Source: Amoebidium appalachense (taxonomy: Eukaryota; Protista; Ichthyosporea). Taken from it: a stretch of DNA of 64,000 nucleotides. Made by a program: the position numbers and the translations under genes. Of the stretch, positions 1 through 14,026 are shown in pieces; position 1 is the first letter of the stretch, and every line of letters begins with the position of its first letter. The DNA is taken from positions 7,291,093 through 7,355,092 of the forward strand of contig CAVNZM010000004.1 of NCBI GenBank assembly GCA_963693365.1, in the 5' to 3' direction. Below the pieces are notes generated by a model, which saw nothing but the letters and a program-made list of their open reading frames with translations, was not told the origin of the DNA and did no database searches.

Positions 1-68
1 CCCCTCCCCCCTCTCTCTCTCCCCCCAAACACACAACCGCGCACACACCCACACACAGACACACGCAC

Positions 69-278
69 CTAGCCCTAGTTGCCTCCTCGACCAGCCTGTC
101 CAGCTGAGCCTGTGTGGCCACTATGTCTCTCTCCACCGCCTCCTTCACCTCGTAGTAGCCTGACGCCTTCTCAAGGTAGCCCCTGCATGGGTTAAGTAGG
201 TTAAGTCTTGGTTAGAAAAACTTGATTGGTTGATGTTGGATAGAATATAGATAATGCATGGATGCTTAACATATCGAT

Positions 279-318
<40 letters not shown>

Positions 319-1305
319 TTCCCCCCCTCCTCTCCCCTCAAAAATTTCTCTCCCTCTCTCGTCGTCTCCTGGTCCCGTCCATTCCCCCCACTCCCCCCCC
401 CCCCCCCCCCCCCCACCCACCCCAAACACACACAGGCACTCATAGAGCCAAACACATACGTCATGCCACCATTGCTTACCCATCAAACCTTTCACAGACT
501 ACCGCAGGAGCCCACACATCCTCCCCCCCCCCCTCCCCCCGCCCCCTCTTTTCCACCGTAGCCCACCCACATTCCACCATGCAGCGAACTCCTCCCCCGA
601 CCTTTCCGTTCAATAAATATTTGTCCACACACGGATGCAGCCCCCTTCCTTCAACCTCCCCCCTTTCAACCTTCCACTAACCTCCCCCCCTCCCCCCCCC
701 CCCCCTCCCCTCCCCCCCCCCCCCCCCCCGGAAAAAATTAAAAAAAAACTTCACCCCATCCCCCCCCCCCACCCAATCCTCATCTTTTTCACCACCCCCC
801 CTCCCCCCCCCCCCCCCCCCCCCCCTCCCCCTCCCCCCAACCCGCCCCTCCGCCCCCAACAATGACACACACACACCCACACCCACACACACCCCCACAC
901 ACGCACACACACCTGCACAGCTCGTTCTGCTCAACCACGCCTGCCCTTGCCGTCTCGACCCGCTGTGTTGCCTGCCTGTGCTCGAGCTCTACCCTCTGAA
1001 GCTCCGCCCGGCATTCCTCAACCTGCAAAACATCGTCTATCTTAGTGGAGGGAAGAACCCTTTGACTTGACTTTATTTATTTATTTATTCTTTCTTTCTT
1101 TCTTTTTTTCTTTTTTTTTTTTGTGTGCGTGTGTGGGGGGGGGGGGGGGGGGGGGGGAGGGGGGGGGGGGAGGGGGGGGGGGGGGAGAGGGGGGGCCGAG
1201 GAGAGGGGAGAGGGGGAAGCATTTTCGTGATAAGTAATGTGTGTGCTAGTTGAGTAAAGTGGCACGCACGTTTGCTTCTAATCCTGTGGCCCCCTGTGTG
1301 CGGGT

Positions 1306-1339
<34 letters not shown>

Positions 1340-3829
1340 CTTCTTTTTCCGTCGGGCATCCGCGGGGGAGGGGGGGGGGGGGGGGGGGGGGAGGAGGGTA
1401 GAATGGGTCTAGTATGAAGTACACAATCAATTACAACACAAAGCCGAGTGAAAAAGCACACATAAAGACTTAAATCATAAGCAGAGCCCATCCTGGGGCA
1501 GGGGTGGGGTGGGGTGGGGTGGAGTGGGATGGGGGTGGGCACGAGATGGGCTCTGCCTATAATGCATACTTACCCTCCCAAAGTGTTGTGTTAAAAAAAA
1601 AAATGTGTATGCTGCATTGGTGAAAACCCAGATAATAAGGCCAAAATTTAACTTGATATTTTAAACATTTTAACAACCTACCCTCATTGCAGCATTATTC
1701 AGGGCCTCCTGCGTCTGCAGGCTTATGGCCACAGCCACACCGGCCCCGGCCATGGCCCCTTCGACCTCAGCCATTAGCTGCCGCTCACACTCGCGCTGCT
1801 CCGCTCGTGCCTGATTTTAAAAGTTTAAACATAAGAAATTATTAACTTTAAAAGACCATCATAATTAAACGCTCCAACTCTGGCCCATTCGACTGAAGCC
1901 ATTAGCTGCCGCCATTAGCTGCCACTCACATTCGCGCTGCTCCGCTCGTGCCTGATTCTAAAAGTTTTAACATAACGTTCTATAAACTTTAAACAGACTA
2001 ATAAGTTGCACATACGTCTTCCGACCTGTCCACACAACCTAACTTAAATAGTCACATTGAAGACTATTGCTTTGCACTACTTATAGACTAGACAAGTATA
2101 CATGCCCACACATGCATATCCTCTCCCCCCCCCCCCCCCCCCCCCCTCCCCCCTCCCCCTTCTCTCCCCCCCAAACACACACACACACACACACTTACAC
2201 CCACACCCACACACACAAAGAAAACAAACAAACAAACAACAAAAAAAAATCATGCTTTTCCCTTGTGCCCAAATCAAAAACTGTGTGTAGGTGCGTGCGA
2301 GTGTCTACGTGTGAATGTATGTACGTGTGTGTGCACACATGTGTGTGTACGATGTGTTGTTGCATGCAACATGTGTAGGTGTGCATGTATGTGTGATTGT
2401 GTGTGTGTGCCTTGTTCTTACAGGCATATGTACATGTGCATGTGTTTGTGTGTGCGCGTGCGCATATGAGCAGACCAGTGTAAACCCGCTTATCTGCTGG
2501 TGCCAATATGGTGGTGGTGTTTGTTTGTTTTTTTGTTGTTTTTTTTTGGGAGGGGGGGGGGGGGGGGGGGAGGGGAGGAAGGGGGGAGGGGGGAGGTGGG
2601 GAGGAGAGAGGAAGGGGCGAGGGGGGGGGGGGGAGGGAGGGGGGAAGAGGAGGAGAGAGGAAGAGGGAGGGGGGGGGGGTTGCCTGATTAAAAATGTTCG
2701 TTGCCTTTTCATATTGTAAAGCCACGATACGTGCCTCGTCTTGAGCTTTTCTGCACAACAAAAGACGAAACATGTTGCGAGATTGTGGCAAAGGTGTGTG
2801 TACACGTGTGTTAGTGTGTGTGTGTATCTGTGTGTGTGCGTGTGTGCGTCAGGTTGTGTGTGTGTGTGTGTGTATCTGTGTGTGTGTGCATGTGTGCTTC
2901 AGGTTGTGTGTGTGTGTGTGTGTGTATCTGTGTGTGTGTGCGTGTGTGTATATGTGCTGTATGTACTGTGTGTTTGTGTGTGCACATGTGTGAATGCGCG
3001 CACGTGTGTTCTGTGTGTATGCCTCTGTGGTTGAGTGTATATGTTTTCCGTGTGCAATGCCGACACGCACTGGGGGGGAGGGGGGGGGGGTTTGACATTT
3101 TTTTTAGGGGAGAGAAAGATCGGGTGGAACGGTGGGAAGTTAGTTCCCAAGTCCGACAAGCATTCAAGGAGTTAGGGAAAGGGCCTGTTGGTCTTGGTTG
3201 ACCCCGGTGCATGGGGAGGCCCGGGGGGGGGGGGGGGGGGGGGGAGGATGATAAAAAAGGCTCTACAGGAAGGGTGGTGGTGGTGGTGGTGGGCCGGAGG
3301 GGGGGGGGGGAGAATGATCTTACAGTAAGGCTGTCTGAACAAAACCGAAATGAGTAGAGGTGTGGGGGTGTCAAGCCACGTGGAACACACTGGGAAAGGG
3401 GGAGGACAGGGGAGGGGAAGGGGGGGGGGGGGGGGGGGGGGGGGAGGGGGGAGGGGGGGGGGGGGGGAGGGGGGAAGACTCGAAGGGCTCAAAGGGAAAC
3501 TTAGGAGACGAAGCTTCTGAAAACTTCCCCGTCGCTACCAAAGCCGACACCTTCTTGCTAATATGACATACCCGCCCGGGGGGGGGGGGGGGGTCTTACA
3601 CGCATGCCTGGTAGGCCATGTAGTAAGGTTTGCTACGTTCCACGGCCTTGCGCATACCTATCCAGTTTTGAACAGCCTGCAATTTCACGTCCCCTGATAC
3701 GAACCCCCCTTCCAGTTAGAATATGCCACCCAAGCTGAGGACCCCAAAGGGGCCCATTCCGTTGGAATGATGGGGGATGAGGAAGAGAAAGAAAGCACAT
3801 GCCCCTCCCCCCCCCTCTCTCCCTCCCCC

Positions 3830-3860
<31 letters not shown>

Positions 3861-4073
3861 AGAAAAAAAAAGAAAAGAAAAAAGATAAGAAAAGACTTCT
3901 GATGGAGAGACTCTGGTGTGGTGAAGACGCTGTGGGAACAGGAGGGAGGGCACAGAAACCCGCCGGGCGGGCACAGAAACCCGCCGGGCGGGCACAGAAA
4001 CCCGCCGGGGCGGGGAGAAGGGGGGGGGGGGGGGGGGGGGGGGGGGTAAAATGCTGGACGGAGGACGAAGATG

Positions 4074-4172
<99 letters not shown>

Positions 4173-4305
4173 TGTGTTTGTGTGTGAGTGTGTGTTGTTG
4201 TTGTCGTACATATGTGCATGGATGCAGCAGGTGTTGCGCTTGTGCTCAGGTGTCTGTAGTCAGGTGTGTGTGTCTACAGGTGTGGAGGGGGTGGGGAGTG
4301 TGTAT

Positions 4306-4357
<52 letters not shown>

Positions 4358-4744
4358 GAGTGAGTGTGTGTGGCCGGTGGGTGTACACATGTTCAAGTGG
4401 TAGTGTGTACACTCATCATGGGTGTTTATTCTGGTAAGTCATTCGTAAATGGTCTGCGAACACGTGGGTGTGTGTTGAAATGCACGTGTGTGCCTGTGTG
4501 CAATATGTACGTCTATGTGTGCGTGCGTGCAGTAGCATGTGTTGACGTGTTTCAGGTACATGTGTTCGTTCGTGTGTGCATGTGCATGCATGCATGGTCA
4601 TGCTCACACACACAATCTGCCTGTGTACATGTATGTATGTGCCTGTGTGTGTGCTTGCGGATGTGTCTGTGTGTTTGGGTGTATGTGTGCATGTGCTTGG
4701 GGTGTGTGTGTGTGCGTGTGCGTGTATGTTTTTGTGTGTCCCTA

Positions 4745-4830
<86 letters not shown>

Positions 4831-5801
4831 CGCGCGTGTGTAGGCATATGTATGTGTGGGATTGTGCATGCATGCATGTGTGCCTGTGTGTGTGTATGTG
4901 TGCCCCTGTGCCTGGCCACCCACCATCCATTATGACGTCTCTGTAGTGTTTCTTGCATGCCTCCAGCTCCCTCTCTATGCGGCTCACATTCTCTGCACAA
5001 ACACAAAAACAATTGAGTAAGAAGGAGAACACCCACCGGAGGAGCAACACTTTCCAAGCACTTGCACACACACGAAAACATGCACTCCTGTGCATACGTA
5101 CATGCACATGCATCCACACAGCCATACACACACACACATAAACACACACACACATACGCACACACACACACGCACACGCGCACACACACACACCTGGCCG
5201 GGTCTCTCGGCAGGAAACCACCTCGACCCCCCCCCCCCCCCCCCCCCCCCTTCCTCCCCCCCCCCCATCCCTGCGCCCCTCCGCCCCTCCCCCCTCCCTG
5301 CGCCCCTCCGCCCCTCCCCCCGCCCCCCGCCCGCCCCTCTGCTCGGGCCCCTCCCCCAACAGCCCCCTTCCTCACAGAAAAATAAAACTACGAACCTCTA
5401 AGCATTAAATAATAACCCTTTCCCCCTTCCACCCAGCCTCTTACCTCCCCCCCCCCCCCCCCCTTCCGCACTGACACACACACATACACACACACACTGA
5501 CCCACCTCCCAATTAATGCACACACACACACACACACAGAAATCCACCCGTCACCCGCCCCCCTCCCCCCGCGCCCCCAACTCCCCCCCCTCCCCCCCCC
5601 CCCGGCCCCCAAAAAAAAAGACCGAACCCGTGTAACCCAATCACCCTTCCTGATTAATATTTTACTTCTAATACTAAAACCCACCAGTTGCTGCTGTTAG
5701 TGCCTGCAGGGCCTGCCTCACCCTCAGATCCAAATCCCCTAACTCCACGTCAAGGCTGTGGCTCTCCAGTGGGTTCCCGGTGCTGGCACCCTACGTGTGT
5801 G

Positions 5802-5868
<67 letters not shown>

Positions 5869-5984
5869 AGGGGGGGGGGGGGTTAAGGGGGAGTGGGGGA
5901 GGGGGGGGGGGGAGCATGCGTGTTTGTGTGTATGTGTTTGTTCAAGTTTGGGTGTGTGTATGTGTGTGTGTATGTGTGTGTGTG

Positions 5985-6026
<42 letters not shown>

Positions 6027-6134
6027 CGTGGGGGGGGGGAGAGGTGCGTGTGTGCGTGCGTGTTTGTGTGTGTGTGTTTGTTCAAGTGTGTGTGTGTATG
6101 TATGTGTATGTACGTGTGTGTGTGTGTGTGCGTG

Positions 6135-6207
<73 letters not shown>

Positions 6208-7532
6208 TGGGAGGAAAAGGGGGGGGGGGGGGGGGGGGGTAGTGTTTATCGATATGGGTAAAAGGGTGCATGCTATTGAAGGGCCGCAGGGAGAGGTGAT
6301 ATAGGGACGCCTCGAGTACAAGAAGGGGAGTCCCGTGGGAAAGTGTGTGTTGGGGGGGAGGGGCGGGGGGGAGAGGAGGAGAGGGGGGGGGGGGGGGGGG
6401 GGGGGGGGGGAGGGGAGGTTTTTAAATGGGAGGCGGGGGGAGGAGGGGGGGGGGGGGGAGGGGGAGAGGAAGGGAATGCAAGGAAGGTAAAGAGCGCGAA
6501 AAAAGAGAAAAAGCAAGAGAACGCAAGGAAAGAAACTACGACATGTGCAGGCGAAAGATTAGACACGGGCAAAAGTCTGGCGTGTTTTCAGGCCTCCGGG
6601 GGTTGGGGGGTTGAAGGGTGGGGTGAGGGGGGGGGGGGGGGGGGGGGGGGGAGATGGGATGGGAAGGGGGGGGGGGGGGGGGGGTGTTACAGGAGAGGGG
6701 TAAGATGTGGTATGGGCCTGAATTGCCGGGGGACGGGGGGGGGGGGGGGGGTTAGGAGGGAGGGGGTGTTGGGAGGGGGGAGGGGGGGGGGCTTTCAAAC
6801 ACGGGATCATTGGTGTGTGGAGCACAAAGGAGGAGACAAAACGGAGAAAGAGCAGGTAGATGGAATGGGAGAATTCCTTGAGTACGTGTTGAAAGATCTG
6901 AAAAAATTGCGCGATACAGAAATTATCACTGAGCGAAGAGGCGGTCAGGGGCAAGGGGAGGGGAGGGGGGGTGGGGGGGGGGAATGGGGGAATGGGGAGA
7001 GGGAGGAATAGGGGGGGAGGGGGGGGGGGAGGGGGGGGGGGGGGAATAGAAGGATCTGCAAGGGTGAGCGTGGACGTGTGTGTGCTTTTGCGCGCGCGCA
7101 CGCGCGCGTGTGTGTGTGCGTGTGTGTGTGCGTGCGCGTGTGTATGTGTGTGTGTGTCTGTGTGTGTGCTTGCTTGTGTGTTGCGTGTGTGTGTGTGTAC
7201 GTGTGTGCGCGTGTGTGCATGTGTGTGTGTCTGTGTGTGTGTTTGTGTGTTTGCGGGGAGAAGGGGGGGGGGGGGGGGGAAGCGGGAGGGAAAGAGAATA
7301 TTAGGAAGTGGGGGTGGGGCCAAGTTGGGGGTGGGATGCAAACCTGATCCATTTGCGCAATCAAAGGTGTAATTGCGCTGTTCGAGGCTGACCCTAGAGT
7401 CTTAAGTTGGTAGGAAAGTTGCTTGGAAACATGTGCAGTTTCAGACAGCCTTCGCGGGAGGGAATGCGCAGGAATGGGTGCGCTAGAAGGCGCAGGTGGA
7501 TCCGAGCTGCCTGGTGGTGTGGGCTCGGACAT
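69..7532 (-). CDS. SH3BP5: SH3BP5 (Sab/Parcas/REI-1) family coiled-coil Rab11 GEF; multi-exon, 3' end beyond the window start
   Basis: Phase-consistent exons (-): 7532-7344, 5790-5685, 4992-4924, 3693-3600, 2750-2684, 1810-1682, 1022-913, 182-69. The spliced protein ...[97 protein letters not shown]...[17 protein letters not shown]...[14 protein letters not shown] follows the recalled SH3BP5 domain (KAVEDSKPYW, QEMLNHATQRV, INKSKPYFELK). The start codon at 7532 is inferred. Confidence 0.85.
3948..4009. repeat. 21-bp tandem repeat x3 (GGGCACAGAAACCCGCCGGGC) in an SH3BP5 intron
   Basis: Three consecutive near-identical copies read directly. Confidence 0.9.
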
Positions 7533-9324
7533 GTTTGATTTATGAAGGAAAAAAACGCCGTGTGTTTTATAGTGTCCTTTACACTCTGAGAAAAACTGTC
7601 TGTTTCCAGAACCACTCAAAAGTTGGGGGTCACAGGCAAAGGGGAAACACGAACTGGTACTCTTTCCAGCCAGCTGGGGCAGCAGCAAGGGTGGAAAACT
7701 CTATCTTGCAGTATCTATCTGCTTCATAGTTCTTGTTCTGAGGGCAGTCATATTCTCACGTCACACATAATTACTACTGGAACATGCGCAAGCTTGTAGC
7801 TGTTGACAGACATGTTTCACGTTGTACACTTGAACAGGCCTTCGCTGTGTGAGCTGAGGAACAGGCCCTCGGGACTTATGACGTCACGCAGTGTGCCCGG
7901 CAACTGTTTTTTTTTATGCCCTGGTATGCATGCAGTTCAGTTCACATTGTAATTGCATATGAACAATTGTGCCGGTAGGAACCACTGTGCTTCGTGTTGG
8001 TATTTAGAAGGGTATTAGGCAGATAAATCAGCTATTTTTTTCTTAGGGAGTTTTACTTCCCTCTTTTTTCAGCCAGTGTAACAACCGGGCATGCGAGCTC
8101 ACCAGAGTGTGGGAATACTGTAGCCAATGGTTGTGCACTTTCACGACCTATTTATGGCTCTCGAATATCGCTGTGATTGGATTCCTTCGTAGAACGAAGG
8201 AATCCCCGTTGGAATGCGAATCCTTAGCAACAGTAAAAGTGCGGGGGTGGAACACTTTGGCATGTGTTTGAAGCCGCTTCATTTGCCCACAGGCAGCTAT
8301 TCTTTCTTTGAATCATAGTATTGCTACAATATATGGACTGTGCCCTTAATGTATACCGCAAGTAAATAGAAATCTAAGCTTTCAACTGTGATCGTCGCAT
8401 GATGAGATTACGCTACAACTGGAATGCACAACCGGATTCCCGGCCGTGCCAGCGGGGGGGATCGAACCACACGTATATGAAATGGTCACTGGGATGTGAC
8501 TACTACAGTAAGCCGGTGATTGCGACCCTTTCGTTAGAAGGTACAAGTGTGTATTAGCGTATGTACGTTTCTATGTGACATGTAAATAAATGCCTTTGTA
8601 CTCAAATATCGAGCGCGTAGAAATTCAAGGGCACGTTTACCCACGCTTGCGTTCTTTCCGCTCTGTCTGTAGTCGGCATGGAGACTCTGAGAGGGCGCCC
8701 GACTTCTCGTCATCTCCCCCCCGGCAACTTGTATGGTCATGCAACCGCATTTTTATTGGCTTGTTTCCCCAATTTCTAATTAAAGCAAGGACATAAAGAA
8801 ATTGTATTGGCTAAAGGTCATGTCAGATCTACTGATTGAAATGATGTGGTATTTCCAGGAAGCAAGATCCGGCTGAAAGGCTTCAACCAATGGATGTACA
8901 GGACCTTCAGCACGGCTAACAACTTGCATGACCTGTTCGTTTATAAACGAGACTTCTTCGTTACCCTTTTTGCTTAGTTGATTATGATTGGCTTTGGGAA
9001 CGCTCTTGACTGGTGCGGGTGGTATTATCTAAATGAGGCGGTTCGCCGCCTATATGCATGAAGCAAGAATCCTTCTAAACTAAGATAGTTATCGGCCGAA
9101 GATAGCTGTAAAAACCAGGGAAAACTATAGAAACTGCTTGTTAACATATGCAAAACATCATATAATTTTATTTTAGAGGCATTAACTACTACTGCTACAT
9201 GCATATTTACACGCCTAATGTTGTTGCTAGGCACGCGCGGCTCTCGCTGACAACAAAAAACACCATCCTATTGGCTATAAATCATGTGGCTCTCCTATCA
9301 GCCGTTACGCGATATGCAGGCACA

Positions 9325-9360
9325 TATAAAGCGAATGGCGACACTCAGCAAGAGTCAGTC
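9325..9360 (+). promoter_or_regulatory. TATA box plus initiator-like TCAGTC of Con7-like gene 1 (predicted TSS 9357)
   Basis: TATAAA at 9325 and TCAGTC at 9355-9360. The same spacing recurs at three other loci in the window. Confidence 0.6.
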
Positions 9361-9671
9361 AGACATTCATTCGATCCGTTTCTGAGAGCGGGCATCGGGG
9401 TTGTGTTACATTTCTTATAATGGCCTGGTAACCACTTTTTGCACTACGAATTGCCCGTTATTACCAGTTTTCTGCGTTTATGCCCATTTGGACGCTGAAA
9501 ACGCTTCATAGCCACGGTGGTTCTCAGAATTGTGACCACTGAACTAGGCCTTTATCCTCCGCACACTAGCTAGTGTCCGAATTGAGACGTCTTTTGAGAA
9601 TGTTCGGTGCTTGCTCAGTTAATGTAGCCCCTACCAGGTCTGGGAGCCTCGATTTTCTAACAACTAGAGCC

Positions 9672-10845
9672 ATGGAAAACATGGCATATAGCCCAGAAAG
9701 CATGAGCACGCCGCAACCAGGCGACGCTGTTCCCCTCGAGGTCCAGCTCCATCACCTGGAGCGCGTGCGCATTTTCCAGGAAATGATGCGGAAGCAACAG
9801 CAGAAACCCGTAAATGTAAACAGCGAGCCACTCGCACACAAACGTGTTAATTCTCTTCCGATAGCCACCGCTTCCCCTTTGATAGCCCCCCCACACACCC
9901 ATGCTAGTAGGTGGCAGCCCCATTTCCATGCAAACTATCTCTTCCGCGCCGTATCCCACACCCATTCTTCACCCAATGCGCAGGGCGTCGCTTCAGCAAC
10001 CCAACCTCCCACCACTTCTTCCCGTTTACCACCGCCCCATTCCCAACTACGCTTTTCCCAAAAAGCTGCGCCATCGTAGAAAGGGAAACGAGCTGTCGCG
10101 TGACTTCATGTGCTTCGTCGAGGGGTGTGACAAAGCGTATGCGTCTGACAGCGCACTTAACAACCACCTTCTCACGAAACACAACATCAAGCGCACACGT
10201 GCAAACGGGGCATACGTGCAATCATGCGACTCCACACCGGGAACCACACCAGAAACCACGCCCGTTCTAGAGCGCCGTTCCATAAGCGGTAACCAAACCC
10301 TCAGTTCCACTATCGCGGGGTCGCCACAGCTTCACTCTGATTCGAATGCCTTATCTGCCACAAGTTCACGCACGTGCACGCCAACCAATGACGACATGTC
10401 ACGTGTCTTGGCCGAACTCTCACTCATGTCCAAGAGCACGGAATCTCCCGTTTCCACAAATAGCACCGCGGGAAAACCCATTGTGCAGACTTACTCTCCC
10501 GACGTGAGCACGTATCACTATGGAGCGCCCCAATTTTCACCAAATTACGAGCGAAAATTCGCTGCGCGCCAACGTAGCAACAGCCTTCCGCCGTGCTCGA
10601 ATCCTTTCCCCGTGCTGGCTACCGTCGCCGAGGAGAAGCCTCTAGAATCTTCGTTGCTTGGCAACGGGAGGAATGCGAGAAGCGCGGAGGATATGGAGGG
10701 GTGGCTTCTGGGATTGGTCAATACGACAGATGATTTTATGAATGACGACAGTCTGGGGTCTGTCGACGCAGACGCGCTGCTGAGGTTGCAGCTGGAGCTA
10801 ATGATGACGGACGAGGAAAATTTTGCCCTTCGCAACCGTAATTAA
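9672..10845 (+). CDS. Con7-like single C2H2 zinc-finger transcription factor (paralogue 1); apparent +1 frameshift in the C7 run at 9886-9892
   Basis: KKLRHRRKGNELSRDFMCFVEGCDKAYASDSALNNHLLTKH matches the Con7-type RRxxxEIxRxY/FxCxxxGCxKAY...LNxH pattern. The linker is S/T-rich and the C-tail acidic. The upstream ORF (ATG 9672, MENMAYSP...) fuses to ORF 9901-10845 if one C is removed from the run. Confidence 0.85.
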
Positions 10846-11672
10846 GTGGTTATTGTTGACCACTAGGATTGCGCCGTTATAATTTAGTTTTTTATGGTCC
10901 CTGCTGAGCCCCGAGCCTTGCTCTTACGTACTTTTCGTTTTTTGACTGTGTATCTTTGAAAGGAAAAGGAAAACTATTAGTCTGGGTAATGTAATACCCG
11001 TTTTTTGATTGAATCCTATTTGTACAGAGTGCCTTGTATGTCCATGTATATGATGAAATGTAGCTAGAAGAAAGACGGATTCCCGTACCACACATGATTG
11101 TATGTATAGAAACCTTTGTTTTTTGTCTGCGTGGGTATGACAGGAACAATTTGTGTAAATTGTAAATACCTCTTTGCATATTTGTTGAAATGTGCAACTT
11201 GAAAAACAACAAGGAAAGACAATATTCTGCAATGAAGATTCAAATAACCCCTTTGTGGTATTGTGTACATGCGTGAATATGTGTTGAGTTAAGTCTGTTG
11301 CTTTTGCATTTCTTATCTTTCCAGTAGTGTTTTCTTGAATCTGTGTTGATTGCTCAATATGTTTTCTCTGATTATACTCGCATGTTTTTTAACCAATGTG
11401 AATGACAAGAGACTGATGAATGAATTACGATTATGTTTGAGTGAATGAAACCATCAGTTATAATATGACTTGAAATGAATCGGCTATGTTATTGGATACA
11501 TGCCACAAAATAAAGAAATTGTATGCCTGCAGCCGGAGGGTACTGTGTGTGTGTGTGTGTGTGATGCCTAAATGTATATGGGGAGAAGAGGGATTCATGG
11601 AAGAGAGGGGGTTTCTACGTGTGTGTGTGTGTGTGTGTTTCTACGTGTGTGTGTGTGTGTGTGTGTGTGTTT

Positions 11673-11810
<138 letters not shown>

Positions 11811-12021
11811 AGGCGGGATGGAGGGGGGTCACGTGTAGGCAGGTCAGAAGCATTTCTTTTCTTTCTTTTCTTTTCTTTTTTGTTTGAGAGGGGGGGGGGG
11901 GGGGTCTAGGCTTTATACATGGCCGTGGAATCCAATGGTGGGGGCAAGGGTGTGATGGTGGTGGTGATGATGGTTTGGGGGGTGGAGGAGAAAGTGGGCT
12001 GGAATGTGTGTGTGTGGTGGT

Positions 12022-12069
<48 letters not shown>

Positions 12070-12072
12070 AAG

Positions 12073-12120
<48 letters not shown>

Positions 12121-13497
12121 TCGCATATCTGTAAACACGTGTAGGTTATGGTGTGGCTTTCAGATGGGTAACATCAGTACAGATTCTATAGAGAGCATAC
12201 GCCAAACAGCGTCACCAGTCAAATCCTGAGCAGCACGTGGGAAACCTTCGAAACTCTCACAATAATTTCAAGGCATGTCTATCGTTTCTGTATCCCAAAG
12301 CCTTTTCACGTTCCGAATCGTGTAAAACGGAACACAAGGCTCCACAATTTTTTTGAATATGAATTCACGTAAGACCTAACGAACGCGAGGCTTTTGTCAT
12401 GAGTGTTCAAGAGACGAGCTCCACAGCCTCTTGAATGAGAAAATGGGCCAGTTTAAATTTCACGTACATGTTCACGTACATAATGGGCGCCTTACGTGCG
12501 TGGGCACAACATGTATGTATACGATGTGTCATAAGTACACGGGACATGACGTCCACGGCCCAAACGATGTGCGTGCCCCTACCCCGCACGGCGCACATGA
12601 TCTGCGTAGAGTCTATTCGATCATGGGCACATGCATGATCAGTCAGGCATGCACATGATGCACATGTGTACACGTATTACTTTCTATTTTGTGATTTCAT
12701 CTTTGTTAACATGAATATCACGCTAGCAAAAACTTCTTATATGTACGGCACGGAAACATGGTATGCGCAAAGATAAGTGCCTATCAAAACCTGTAAGTGA
12801 CACACTTCGAGACTGTGCGTGCCGCACGCGTCGTGCAGCCCATGCACTCACTGTGACTGTGCCCGCGTCAGCGGCCAGTCACGGCTGTACATATACCTGA
12901 TCTACAAGATCAAAGTTTTGAAGATTCCCTGGCAAATCTCTCAATGATTGGCCCATCTAGATCCTCTGCTGCTGCTGCCATGGCGTCAGAATATGATGAT
13001 CAGCGCCTGCCCGGCTATTCGTGCCTGAGCGGCGGAGCTCCGAGCGCGTCCGTGCACGTGGGACCGTCACGGAGTACTACGCTGAGTAACCTACGCGCTT
13101 GCGTGCGCCGGGTGCACGTACGTGTGTCATGTGGATGTATACATTTACGTGGCGACTCAGGCTAACGACTCAGGCATGGCATGCCTAGGCCTATTTGTAA
13201 TATTTTAGGCCTGTGCCGTTTGGCGGGTATGCATGCATGGGTGACTGCTTGGGCAAAACTTCATAATCAGCTGCAGTGTCACTTATGCAGTTGCATGAAG
13301 ACTAACCTTCTATAGTTAAGTGTGTGTGTGTGTGTGTGTTTGTGTGCGGTGTGTTTGTGCACATGTATGCGTGGTGCGTGCAACTGTACATGACGTGCGC
13401 GTGCTTGTGATGTGTATGTGAACGTTCATGCGTTATGCCACTGTTTACAGGTGTTTGTGCGCGTGCGTGTGCGTGCCAAAGGCTTCAGACCCGTAAG

Positions 13498-13540
13498 GCG
13501 TGCCCCCGCCAGGGGGCACGCAGAACCAAGAATTGGCTAG
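13498..13540 (+). mobile_element. Helitron-like 3' terminus (GC hairpin followed by CTAG|T); 5' end not located
   Basis: Perfect 10-bp stem GCGTGCCCCC-gcca-GGGGGCACGC (13498-13521), then a 15-nt spacer, CTAG (13537-13540) and T. Confidence 0.5.
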
Positions 13541-13670
13541 TCCTTGTATAACACGGTTTGATCTCACTCACTCACCGCTACAAATACCTGGTTTTTACCC
13601 CCCCCCAAACCCCCCCAAAAAACTCCTCCCCCAAACCCCAACCCCACGAAACCAAGCCCAACCCCCCCAG

Positions 13671-13704
<34 letters not shown>

Positions 13705-13993
13705 CCCCCCCCCCCCCCCCCCCCCCCCCTCACCCCTCCTCCCCCCCCCCCCCCTTCCCCACACCAAAAAAAGAAGAAGAAGAAGAAGAAGAAGAAGAAG
13801 AAAGAAAGAAAAAGAAAGAAAAAATTTAACCCTTAACTCTTAACATATCCACCAGTTTAGTCACCCACCACCACCGACGAAACTTTGCTGTTCAGCAAGA
13901 GTGGTTTGGTTTCATTATCCGTCGGACAGTGGTCTCACCGTGTCACCCCTCAATCCCCCCCCCTCCCCCCCCCCCCCCCCCTCTCCCCATAAT

Positions 13994-14026
<33 letters not shown>

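Noticed and set aside
5194-5397. Possible extra SH3BP5 exon (AG..GT bounded)
   Set aside because: The flanking exons join directly and match the family without a gap; the segment is mostly G-run.
8440-8530. tRNA gene
   Set aside because: Only a B-box/T-arm-like piece is present; there is no acceptor stem, D arm or anticodon arm.
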